Source: Mobula hypostoma (Eukaryota). From it: a DNA stretch of 64,000 nt. Positions 49,201-59,736 of the stretch are shown piece by piece. The notes beneath the pieces were generated by a model, which was not told where the DNA came from, did not search any database, and worked only from the letters and a program-made list of their open reading frames with translations. The stretch's first letter is position 1. Each line of letters starts with the position of its first letter. The DNA is taken from the NCBI RefSeq assembly GCF_963921235.1, contig NC_086109.1:11594001-11658000 (forward strand), read 5' to 3'. Position numbers and translations under genes: made by a program.

Positions 49201-52200
49201 CTTACTCCAACTAAATGCTTTTCTAATTTGTCTGTTCCTATCTCTCTCCAATGCTACTGTAAAGGAGACAGAATTATGATCACTATCTCCAAGATGCCCT
49301 CCCACTGAGAGATCTGACACCTGACCAGGTTCATTTCCCCATACCAAATCAAGTACAGCCTCTCCTCTTGTAGGCTTATCTACATATTGTGTCAAGAAAC
49401 CTTCCTGAACACACCTAACAAACTCCACCCCATCTAAACCCCTTGCTCTAGGAAGGTGCCAATGGATATTTGGGAAATTAAAATCTCCCATCGCAACAAC
49501 TGTTATTATTACACCTTTCCAGAATCTGTTTCCCTATCTGCTCCTCGATATCCCTGTTACTATTGGGCGGCCTATAAAAAAACACCCAGTAAAGTTATTG
49601 ACCCCTTCCTTTTCCTAACCTCCACGCACAGAGACTCCGTACACAATCCCTCCATGGCGTGCACCTATTTGCAGCCGTGACACTATCTCTGATCAACAGT
49701 GCCACACCCACACCTCTTTTGCCTCCCTCCCTGTCCTTTCTGAAACATCTAAGACCCGGCACTTGAAGTAACCATTCCTGTCTCTGAGCCATCCAAGTCT
49801 CTAATGACCTCCAGCTCCCACTGCTTGGAAACTGGAGATCTAAGAGGGGAGTGCGGAGGTGAAACGGGGGTCGGGTGAAGTAGCTCAAAGAAAGAGGCTG
49901 AGAGAAAGGAGGGGTTGATCAGTTCACAGAAGAGGAATAAAGGGCAATAAGAAAAGGACATTTGAAGGTGCTAATAGGGTATCTACCTCTACCATTAAAT
50001 CTAGAGATGCTGACTGACCTATTGAGAATTTCCCATGATGTGTACCTTCTGTGTTGGCTCAGTGCAAAGACCAGACAGACATTTTTGCTCGGGGGAAATG
50101 ATTGGTAGAATTGGCAGAACTGGATCAAGGTGAAGCAATGGAATCACCACTGTGTGTGAGTGGTGAACGTGAGCTTGGTGGGCAGGGGAACAGGGGTTGG
50201 GCTGGTTCCTCTCCTCCTGTTTCAGTGAGACTCAGCACAAGGTCTGATCTTAGAACCGCAGTCTTTTGGGGAAAATGTCTTATCAACAGCTGAAAAGCTG
50301 GCCGCCGGGATCTTCCTGTCAGGTTTATCAGCTCATTCATACTCCCCCCAGGAAGGTGGAGCTCTTCTTTGTCCTTATCGGCTGCACCCCTGCAAATGAG
50401 TTCCCATCTCTTTAATGGTACTGAGTCACAGTCAGAGCTGAGGGAGGGAATTCCTAAGCTGCGATTTTCTAATATGGAAGCTTGACGAGAAATTGTAAAC
50501 GTACCTTCAGAAACTTCCAGTGAAATGATAAACCTTTTTCTCGGTACGTATATTACCCTCTCCATTATACACTGATACACCCCTTCATCACTCTTCATTA
50601 GATTGTCCACGGTTACCGAAAGAATCCCTCGTATTTTGTTGTCAGTCATTGATACTCGTCCTCTTCGTGGCTGGTCAGTCGAAACCACAGTGGAACAACC
50701 CACGTGAGGATCACCTCTACACCATTTCTTCACGTAGTCCTTATACTTCGGATCATACTGGCATTCCACAGTGACTGACTGTCTCACTGCTCCTCTAACC
50801 TTCTCAGGTCCAGTTAATGCACCTGAGCCTGTTGGCACATGAATAATGGAAGTTACCCACACGTCATCAGCACAAGGTGCATTTAGCAACATACACTCAT
50901 CTTATTAACTGCTTAGAGAATCTCGCAGAGATCATGTTCCTCTTGAATATTTTATCCCGGGTGTTAATCCTCATTTCACCGAGTTGTTCCTCAAATTACA
51001 GTAAAAGCTATAATGGGTGGTCAGGCGTTCACAACTTGCGTGTCTGTTGTTTCTTGTTGTGAGCAGGCTGTGAATCCTGGAGAAATGATCCCTGCTGTAG
51101 TTCAGTGAGGGAGCCGCCACCTCCTCAGCGGCAACATGAGATGGCAGATAGGTTCTGGCCTGGTCACTGTTGTAATGAGTTTACTGGGGGATCATCCAGT
51201 GAGGATCTCTGGGTGAACCTGAGAAATAAGAAGGGGTTGATCATTCTACTCCAGGCGGGCTAATCATCAATGGGTATAAAAGGAACCTTCAAAGTGGTTG
51301 CAGAAAGTTTTAAAAAAAAAATTAGTTTTCTTTCATAGTAGGGGATATCATGATTCCTTATAAACAGTGGGACTGCCTTAGTGCTTAGGGCTTTAATGTG
51401 ACAGAATTTAAGTGTATTCAGGAAAATTCTCAAGCAATATATCGAATGCTTTACTCTGAAGATGGCAAAGTTTGATCTACTCTTTGGACCACGATCAATT
51501 GGGGTATGGCATATTCTGTGGTATTAAATAGGAACTTGGCAAAGTTGACTGTGACACAGAAATGGCTTGCTGGTGCGAAGGGAAGCGTGAGGGTTTATAG
51601 TTGTTTATTGGGTTAGAGGTCTGTGACCAGCATTGTGCCTCAGGTGCTGGTGCGAGGCGGATTGTAATTTGTCACGATATCAGGAAAAGGACATCTGCAG
51701 GTGATTATTTATACAGCAATATAAAAGATTTTTCTTTCATAATTGATAAAAATAAAGCAACCAGTCAGTCTTCCAGTGTATTAAAAAAATTCTCACTGAG
51801 ATATTGTTAGGACTGCCATCAATTCCAGCCTTTCTAACTCAGTTCCTAGTGATCACTAATGCTTATTTTCTCACCTGCTGGTAACTTCAGACATTTATTC
51901 TCAGTTCTACTCCACCTCCTGACTCAAATCTTGGTACCTGTCCCAATCTTTAACCAGTTCTTTACCACACAAGCTTTACTCTCTGCTCTCCCTACCCTAT
52001 CAACAACCTTTCTTTGTCTTCTGTCCATCCACGCTACTCTTCCCCTGCCATTTTCTTCTTGGGACACATCGCCCCTACTGGTGTAGAGGCCATGGATAGA
52101 AGCTCAGCAGAGTCCACTGTCCTGGGCCAGTCTTTCAAATTTTCCCAGGTGTAACCCATCTCCATGGTGTATCTTTCCTCTCCCATGGATGAGATCTTTG

Positions 52201-55200
52201 GAGCTTCTGTTGGTGTTTCTGTAGCTCTGGGTTTTCACGAGATTTTTTTTTCTTACTTTAATTTATTTAGTGATATAGTGCAGAGTAGGCCCTTCCAGAA
52301 ACTCACCTATTTAACCCTAGGCTAATCTCAGGACAATTTACAATTAGCTTACTAACTGGTACGTCTTTGGATTGTGGGAGGAAACCGGAGCATCAGGAGG
52401 AAAGTCACAGGAAGAAAGTACAAACTTTCTTACTGAGAACACTGGAATTGAACGCCAAACTCCAATGCCCCATGCTTAAGTAGTGTTGAGCTAACCACCA
52501 TGCTACTGTGGGTTGCTAGCCTCATGCTGAACTCTTCTCCTTTTGCATCTGGGCTTGGGACTGTCCATTTGTGGAGTCTTCCCTCTACCTGCGACTGAAC
52601 AAATTTTTGACCTCAAATGCTTCCATTACCAATGAAAGAGTATCTAGCTGAATCATTAGCTCTATTCTCCTTGCCATTGATTTTAGTTAACCTGCTGTAC
52701 GTATCCAGGGATGAGGCATGAGTTGTGGTTAGTGAAAGGGAGGAAATTCACAGGATGAGATTTTCAAACTTGGGAATGTGATGTCAAATTGTATACATAC
52801 CTTCAAGAGATGTCTGCACATCTATTGATTTTATTTTCTTTTCTATTAGTAATTTCAGCTCCTAGTCTTCTATTTACCACCCATCTGTCTGCTTCTCTGA
52901 ATTGTAACTTCTGCATTTCCTCAAAATATTGGCCGTTCAGATTGACCTGAAACATTAAGGTTGTTTTCTCCCCACGGATGGTGCCTGACCTGCTGAGTAT
53001 TTCCCACATGATCCACTTTATTTTTTACTTTCTGTGTGGCTCAGTCCAAAGACCAGATCACCCTTCCTATCTGGGAATTTATTGCTGGAGCTGGACTTAG
53101 TTGAAGCAATGTGCGAGAGGTGAGGGTGAGCTTGGTAGGCAAGAGGACAGGTGTGAAGCTTGTTCCTCTCCTCCTGCTCCAGTGAGAGTCGGCTTAATGT
53201 CTGATCTCAGAGCCACTGTCTTTGTGGAAGTGACCCATCAGCAGGAGAACAACTGGCCATTGAGACCTTCCCGTTGGTTCAGGGTTTCACAGTCCATTCA
53301 CATCCTTCCAGGAGGTTGGGGCTCTTAGTGTGTCCCCATAGGCTGAGATCCTCAGTAATTGCGGACTCAGTCCTTTGATGCCCAGGGATGAAGCACTGAA
53401 TTGTGGTCAGTGCAAGGAGGGAATTCCTAAGCTACGATTTTTAAACTTGGGAATGAAAGACAAATTATTAACATACCTTCAGACACCTCGAGTGAAATGG
53501 TAAACCTTTCATTTGGTGTCAACATTGCCCTTTCTATCATACACTGGTACAGCCCTTCATCACTCTTCCTTAGATTGTCCATGGTTACTGAAAGTATCCC
53601 TCGTGTTTTGTAATCGGTCATTGTTATTCGTTCACTTCGTGGCTGGTCAGTTGAAACCACAGCGGAACAACCAATGTGTGAATCACCTCTGCACCATTTC
53701 TTCACGTAGTCCCTGTATCTCAGATCATACCAACATTCCACAGTGACTGATTGTCCCACTGCTCCTCTGACCTTTTCAGGTCCAGTTAGTGCACCTGAGC
53801 CTGTGGGTACATGAATAGTAAAAGATTACCCATGCATCATCAGCACAAAGTGCATTTAGCAAGATAAACTCATCATGTCTACTAGAACATGGAACATGGA
53901 ACAAAGAACAGCACCGCAGAGGAAAAGGCCATTTGGCCCATTGTGTTGTGCCAAGCCAGCTAAAAACCAAATCTAATATACCCAAACACTCATCCATCTA
54001 CCTACAACATGTCCATATCTCCGCATTGTCCTGCCTATATAAAAGTCTCTGAAAAGCTTCTGATATATTTGCCTCTACCACCATATCAGGCAGCACATTC
54101 CAGGCATCCATAACTCTGAGTAAAGAAACTTACTCCTCACACCACCCTTGAGCCTACTGTTCTGAGAGCTTCATGGTTGTGCAGAGATCATGTTCCACTT
54201 TAATATTTTATCCTTGGTGTTAATCCTCATTTCTTTGAGATTGTTTGTCAATGTTCAGTGAATGCGGAACCGCTCACCCTAATATGTCTAAGCTTTGTAT
54301 TTGGTGTTTCTTGTTTGGGTTGCGAATTCTGCTGAAATGATAACTGCAGTGGTTCAGCGAGGGAGGCATGATCTTGCGGAGCAACCAGAGATAGCAATAA
54401 ATTCTGGCCTTCCCACTGATGCCCAGGTTTAAATGAATTTACTGGGGTTCCAGTGAAGCTTTATGGATGAAACTGGGGTGTATGGGGTGTCAGGGAGGGG
54501 TAGCACCTCTGGTGGGGGAACATGTCGCGTCCATTTCAGGGCGGTTAGTCCACCTTTGGTCCCCACCTGGTACTCAGCTCTCACCTGTGGCTCCCCGTAG
54601 CTGTTTGCATGCGACAGCGGCCACACCCCGGGCAACAGCTTTGACAAGCCGGCTAAACCAGGTGAGGGTAGCCGACGGGTCTCAAACCCTCGGTGAGATA
54701 GGGAGTTGTCTATCCCAGCATGTGAAGACAGACTCTGGTGGATTGAGTGGACGAGACCAATGGAAGGTCCAATAGTCAAGAAGGCAGTCTCTGCAAGCGT
54801 CGTGAAATGTGTAGAGCAGGACAAGACACAGAAGACGTCCTGGTCATCCACTGCGCCTAGTCCCATCTCCAGCCATCTTGACTCTGTCTTGCCACTGGAT
54901 CCAGATGGGAATTGGGAAGAGAGAGTGAGGCTGACACTGAGCAACTCTCCCTCACTTAAATCCAACTCACGCGCTAGTCTCGACACCATCATAATGGTGT
55001 CAAGGTCCTCATCGATGTCGACAATGGACGAACAATGATTGAAACTGAGAAATGAGGATGGGTTAACATACAAAACACCGGAGGAACTCAGCAGGTCAGG
55101 CAGCATCTATGGGAATGAATGAACAGTCAACATTTCAGCCTGAAACCCTACTTCAGAACTGTCATGTAAGGGGGAAGACACTAGAATAAAAAGATGTGGG

Positions 55201-58200
55201 GAGGAGAAGGAGATAAGCCAGAAGGTGATAGGTGAAGCCAAGTGTGTGGGAAAGCTAAAGGGCTGGAGAAGAAGTAATCTGATAGGAGAGTAGAAGAAAC
55301 CATGGGATAAAAGGAAGGAGGGGCAGCAGGTGATAAGCAAGTGAGGAGAAGAGATAAGAGGTCAGAGTAGAGAATAGAGGAAGAGGGAGGAAGGTGGCAA
55401 AAAAATGATCAGAAACAGAAATTGATGATCATACCATTTGGTTGGAGGCTACCTGGATGGAATGAGGTGTTGCTCCTCCATCCTGGGAGTGGCCTCATCA
55501 TGGCAAAAGGGTAAGCCAAGGACCGACATGTCAAAATGGGGATAGGAATTAAGATGGTTGCCTTCTAGGAAATTCAGCTTTTGATGGATGTGCTTGACAA
55601 AGCAGCACTCCAAGTTACACCTGGAAGACTGGGGCTCTGAATGGAGTTACGGGAGGAGGTGAATGAACAGGTATAGCATTTTTGTCACTTGCACAGATAT
55701 GTGCCAGGAGATAGATTAATGGGGAAGGGATTTACAGACAAGGAAATCATAAAGGGAGCAATTACTGGAGAAGCTGAGAGTGAGGGATGATTATAAGACC
55801 ATAAGATTATGATGTGTTTGTTGGTAGAATCCTGTTAAAATGGCAGAAATTGGGGAGAATGGTATCTTGGAATCAAGGGGTGAGCGTAGATGTCCAGGAA
55901 GTAAAAGTGATTCAGGTGGGAGCAGCATCAATGGTGGAGAAAGAGAAAGCCTGTTCTTTGAAGGAGGAGGACATATCTGATGTTCTCAAAATGAAAGCTT
56001 CATCATGGGAACAGATGTGGGAGAGACGAAGGAACTAAGAAAAGGGAAAAGCATTTTGATAGGCAATATGATGGGAAGAGGAATAGCCAAGATAGCTATG
56101 GGATTCAGTAGGCTGACCCAAAGAAAATACAATGGAGTCATGGTGTGCGGACACGAGCTCAGTATTGTAGGAGCAGGCAAAGGCCATAGGCTGACCTGGA
56201 CAGTCAGGTTTGTGAATCTTAGACAGGAGGTTGAAATGAGGAGTCTGGGGTAAGGGACCTACGAGCTTGGTGGTGGTGGATAAGATTTACCAAAGTTGAT
56301 GAGGTTAGTGATGGTATCAGAGACAATTTTCTGATCACTTTATTCAGATTGTACCATAAGCTGTCTCACCACACCTTGTACTATTGTAAATTAACTCCCC
56401 CAGCTCCTGTATTCCATACCTTAACTGATGAAGGCCAATATACCAAACTTCTTCACCATCCTGTCTGCCTGTGTCGCTGCTTTCAGCAAATTGTGTACTT
56501 TTACTCTTAGGTTTGACCATACATGTATTGATTTTCTTTTCTATTCTGTTGGTAATTTGAGCTCTTGGTTTTCTCTCCAACCACCCCACCCTTCTCCTTC
56601 TCTGCATTGTAACTCTTGCATTTCCTCTAAGTATAGGCAGTTCAGATTGATCTAGAACATTAAGATTGTTTTCTGCTCAGAGATGCTGCCTGGCCTGCTG
56701 AGTATTTCCCCCATTATTCACTTTATTTTGTATTTTCTGTGTGGCTCAGTCCAAAGACCAGATCACCCTTCCTATCTGGGAATTTATTGCTAGAATTGGC
56801 AGAGCTGGATAGAGTTGAAGCAATGTAATCACAACAATGTGTGAGTGGTGATGGTGAGCTTTGATGGATAGGGGAACAGATGTGTAGCTCGCCCTTCCCC
56901 TTCTGTTCCAGTAAGAGTCAGTACAGTGTCTGATATTGAAGCAACTGTCTTCAGGGAAGTGACCCATCAACAGCAGAACAGTCGGCCATTGGGACCTTTC
57001 CATCAGTTTAGTGTTTGACAGTCCATTCATACCTTCCCAGGAGGTTGGGGCTGTTAGTGTGTCCCAATAGGCTGGGATCCTCACTAAATAAGGCTCCGAT
57101 CCTTGATCCCCTGGGATGAGGCACTGAGTCATGAATAGTGTGAGGGAGTGAATTTGGGATTTTCAAATTTTGGAACAAAAGGGAAATTGTTAACGTACCT
57201 TCAGAAACCTCCAGTGAAATGGTAAACCTTTTATTCGGTACATATATTAACCTCTCCATTACACACTGGTACAGCCCTTCATCACTCTTCCTTAGATTGT
57301 TCACAGTTATCAAAAGAATCCTTTGTGTTTTGTTATCAGTCATCAATATTCGTCTTCTTTGTGGCTGGTCAGTTGAAACCACTGTGGAACAACCAATGGA
57401 AAGATCACCTTTACACCACTTTTTCATGTAGTCCATGTATATCCGATCATACCGACATTCCACAGTGACTGATTGCCCCACTACTCCTCTAATCTTCTCA
57501 GGTCCAGTTAATGCACCAGAGCCTGTGGGTACATTAATAATGAAAGATTACCCACACATCATCAGCACAAAGTATACTGAGCAATGTAAACCAATCATGC
57601 ATACTGTTCAAAGAGTTTCCTGATTTTGAAGAGATCATGTCCCACTTTAATAGTTTATCTTTGATGTTAATCCTCATTTCATTGAGATTGTTCCTCAACG
57701 TTTAGTTAAAGCAGAATGGCTCACCCTAATGATTCTGAACTCTGTGTCTGTTGTTTCTCATTTTGAATGTGTTGTGAATTCTGTGGAAATGATTGCTGCA
57801 GTGGTTCAGTGAGGGAGTGATCACCTTCCTAGGGGCAACTAGGGATTGCAATAAATTCTGGCCATGCCACTGATGATCACATTGTTATAAAGTTTCTGGG
57901 GCCCCAGTTGGCCTCATTGGTGATAGCAGGAAATAAGTAGGGGTTAACACATACAACTTGACAGGTCAGTCAGTGTCTATGGAAATGAACAGAGTCAACG
58001 TTTCAGATCAAGACCCTTCGTCAGGACTGGAAATGAAGGGGGAAGACAACAGAATAAAATGATGGGGGGAGGGGAAGAAGATAAACTAGAAGGTGATAGG
58101 TGAAGCCAGATATGTGGGAAAGCTGAAGAACTGGAGAAGGAGGAATCTGATAGCAGAAGACAATGGATCACAGGAGAAAGGGAAGAAGGAGGAACACGAG

Positions 58201-59736
58201 GAGATGGTGATAGGCAGGTGAGGAGAAGAGATAACAGGCCAGAGTGGAGAATAGAAGAAAGGGGATGAGGGAGGGCTGGAACATGGACTGTTCCACGTGA
58301 CTAACGAAAAGACAGACATAAATGATGTCCATGTGGTTGCCTATGGCTACTCAGTGAGCTTGGAGAAAATGGGAGGAGCTGAAGAAGAAATTGGTGAGGG
58401 TGGGTACCAGTTCTGCTGGATGGAGGAGGGTGGTGATGGAGTGGAAATGATGGGGTCTTTTTTTGAGGAAGATGCAGAGAACTTTAAGGATCTCCTCTAC
58501 AGCAGTTTTTCATGTAGTCCTTGTATCATACCGATCATACTGACAATCAACAGTGCAACACAAGCTACTGTTCAAAGAGTTTCATGATTTTGTAGATATG
58601 GTGTTCCACATTAGTATTTTATCCCTGGTGATAGCCCTAATATCTCTGATTTTTTTTTTTCCTCACGTCATAGTGAAAGCAGAATCACCCAGCCTGATGT
58701 TTCCAACCTGTCCCTATGTTGTTCAAGTTGTGAACAGATTGTGAACATTGGAGAAATAATCCTTGCTGTGGTTCAAAGTGGACGGCACCAGCTCCTCCAC
58801 AGGGGCATCCAGGATGGGTAACAAATAACAGCAATGCCACCGATGCCCTGACCACAACGATAACATAAATTTAAGACTAAAAGGCCACCATAAATAGGTG
58901 CAGAATTAGGCCATCTAGCCTGCACTGCCATTTGATCATGGCTGAGTTATTTTCCCTCTCGATTCTATTCTCCAGCTTTTTCCCCGTAGCCTTTGACACT
59001 CTTACAAATTAAGAACCTGTCGACCTCCACCAAATCCTTTCATAGAGTTGGGCCTAAAGTTACTCACAACTTAATGGCTGCATATTATTTATTTATCTAG
59101 ACCATCATAATTAAAGGACAAAACAGTTTGCTGAGGTTCCTCATTATTCCGCTGTCCCCAGCTGCTACTTCAAGTTTGCCCATTTGTAATTGGAGCTGTT
59201 TCCTCTCCTGTAATTGAATATCCAAGCTGGAAATTTTACAGAGGGACAGTTTCCATGGATGATTTATCCCTGACATATTCCCCAATAAAATTCTGTCAAT
59301 CTACATTGGGAGGATCGCTAAATGCAGAAATATTGGTCCGACAGTGGAGATATTTTAGTTGTTGCTCTGTCTGTGTTGAAACTACTGCCCACATGGCAGA
59401 GAGTCCAGGCTATTTCTGGGATCATCTTGCTGTGCACCCATTGCACCTCTTGACCAGAATCCTGGATAATTCACGACAGCAAATGGCATTATTCTCAACG
59501 GTTCATCTTCAGCTCTCCCACCCAGTGCATGATCCGACATCAGCAGAACTTCCTGCATCTGTCAGTGTTATTCATTAGAAAACTGTACAGTACTTGTTAA
59601 TATCTATAAACATCATATATTTTAGATATAATGCTTTACCTGATACAAAACCAGTGGAGATGAGAACCAACAGAGCGATAGCTCCCATTGTCCTGGGGTG
59701 TCTTTGGTGCATGAATTCACCCAACACCAGCTCCAT
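43153..59736 (-). CDS. Gene B: CD300/pIgR-like (CMRF35-like) type I membrane receptor with 3 V-type Ig domains; join(59640-59736, 57199-57522, 53477-53800, 50505-50828, 46207-46282, 44295-44402, 43153-43291), 463 aa
   Basis: All seven exons have AG/GT boundaries with compatible phases (1,1,1,1,2,2). They sum to 1392 nt, an open frame from ATG to TAG. The V domains show the CD300/pIgR pattern GP..V.G..G.SV.V.C.Y...K.WC.G.....C...D.G.Y.C. Confidence 0.85.
43580..43900 (-). mobile_element. tRNA-derived SINE
   Basis: Same family as 38880-39150 (gcagcgggaattgaaccgc head, caacacagtctgaggatg tail). Confidence 0.55.
44295..44402 (-). CDS. Gene B transmembrane exon ([36 protein letters not shown])
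   Basis: Acceptor ttttcttggttcatcag|G and donor AAG|gtatat; 108 nt, phase 2-2. Hydrophobic segment with an Arg; paralogous to 8783-8888. Confidence 0.88.
45516..46000 (+). mobile_element. Miniature Penelope-like element (second family) with inverted pLTR arms
   Basis: 45516-45612 is an imperfect reverse complement of 45902-46000. The centre encodes AQNKKTREFLKVWFSTEDSINKHIGLDANYEP (GIY-YIG C-terminus-like); ctgatgatgtcatctcgac is a hammerhead-like core. Confidence 0.65.
46207..46282 (-). CDS. Gene B Ser/Thr-rich stalk exon (E-NEASTMETTNATTWTSSSQNGIPT-R)
   Basis: Acceptor ctactttaccctccag|AA and donor AG|gttaga; 76 nt, phase 1-2, which bridges V (phase 1) to TM (phase 2). Mucin-like composition with an NAT sequon. 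Confidence 0.75.
47053..49800 (-). mobile_element. CR1 LINE, ORF2 (endonuclease + RT) with frameshifts, 5'-truncated
   Basis: ORFs 48778-49491, 48250-48672, 47716-48246 and 47347-47604; (ctatgttt)n tail at 47053-47070. Confidence 0.92.
50505..50828 (-). CDS. Gene B V-type Ig exon VB3 ([44 protein letters not shown]...DEGVYQCIMERVIYVPRKRFIISLEVSE)
   Basis: 324 nt, acag|GC to GAAG|gtacgt, open, same Cys pattern. Confidence 0.93.
52250..52505 (-). mobile_element. V-SINE inserted in an RTE-like fragment (52080-52565)
   Basis: tttcctcctgatgctccggtttcctcccacaatccaaagacg central V-domain on the minus strand. Confidence 0.65.
53477..53800 (-). CDS. Gene B V-type Ig exon VB2 ([44 protein letters not shown]...[28 protein letters not shown])
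   Basis: 324 nt, acag|GC to GAAG|gtatgt, open, same Cys pattern. Confidence 0.93.
54476..55039 (+). mobile_element. Short non-autonomous retroposon (probably RTE-related) carrying the HDV-like ribozyme at its 5' end
   Basis: 564-bp insertion into the V-flanking module, bounded by the direct repeat TGAAACTG (54468-54475 / 55040-55047); no coding capacity. RTE affinity is inferred. Confidence 0.6.
54484..54668 (+). ncRNA. HDV-like (delta-like) self-cleaving ribozyme candidate
   Basis: P1 GGGGTGT(54484-90)/ACACCCC(54623-29); P2 CTCTCACCTG/CAGGTGAGGG; P3 GGC/GCC; L3 starting TCCCCG; J1/4 GGGCAAC; P4 GCTT-TGAC-AAGC; J4/2 GGCTAA with candidate catalytic C54653. Element order matches the HDV nested double pseudoknot. 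Confidence 0.7.
55060..56340 (-). mobile_element. Degraded Penelope-like element
   Basis: pLTR/hammerhead remnant at 55080-55160; tgaaagcttcatcatgggaacagatg parallels the 29595-29630 RT segment. Confidence 0.6.
57199..57522 (-). CDS. Gene B V-type Ig exon VB1 ([44 protein letters not shown]...[28 protein letters not shown])
   Basis: 324 nt, acag|GC to GAAG|gtacgt, four Cys in the CD300/pIgR arrangement, no stops. Confidence 0.93.
57950..58480 (-). mobile_element. Penelope pLTR fragment
   Basis: Purine-rich pLTR body with the hammerhead at 57993-58028. Confidence 0.55.
57993..58028 (-). ncRNA. Minimal type I hammerhead ribozyme motif (Penelope pLTR)
   Basis: AGTC-CTGACGA-agggtcttgatct-GAAA-C-GTT-GACT: intact core, stem I agtc/gact, palindromic minimal stem III. 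Confidence 0.6.
58501..58555 (-). pseudogene. Decayed fourth V exon remnant of gene B
   Basis: Minus strand reads ACT GTT GAT TGT CAG TAT GAT CGG..TAC AAG GAC TAC ATG AAA (TVDCQYDR/YKDYMK, frameshifted). It is followed by the same upstream-intron module (58560-58850) that flanks every intact V exon. Confidence 0.75.
59640..59736 (-). CDS. Gene B exon 1, leader/signal peptide MELVLGEFMHQRHPRTMGAIALLVLISTGFVS-G
   Basis: 97 nt from ATG to the donor CAG|gtaaag, phase 1. It has a hydrophobic h-region and is homologous to the 37565-37661 exon. Confidence 0.85.

Noticed and set aside
50125-50892. 255-aa ORF (and similar 57008-57481, 53427-53759, 32838-33155) as single-exon proteins
   Set aside because: These are read-through into introns; clear AG/GT sites delimit 324-nt V exons.
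54429-55106. 225-aa minus-strand ORF
   Set aside because: Antisense of the ribozyme-bearing retroposon plus a Penelope fragment; no recognisable domain.
43153-59736. Assigning the symbol PIGR or CD300 to gene B
   Set aside because: Family membership is clear, but orthology needs phylogeny and synteny that are not available here.
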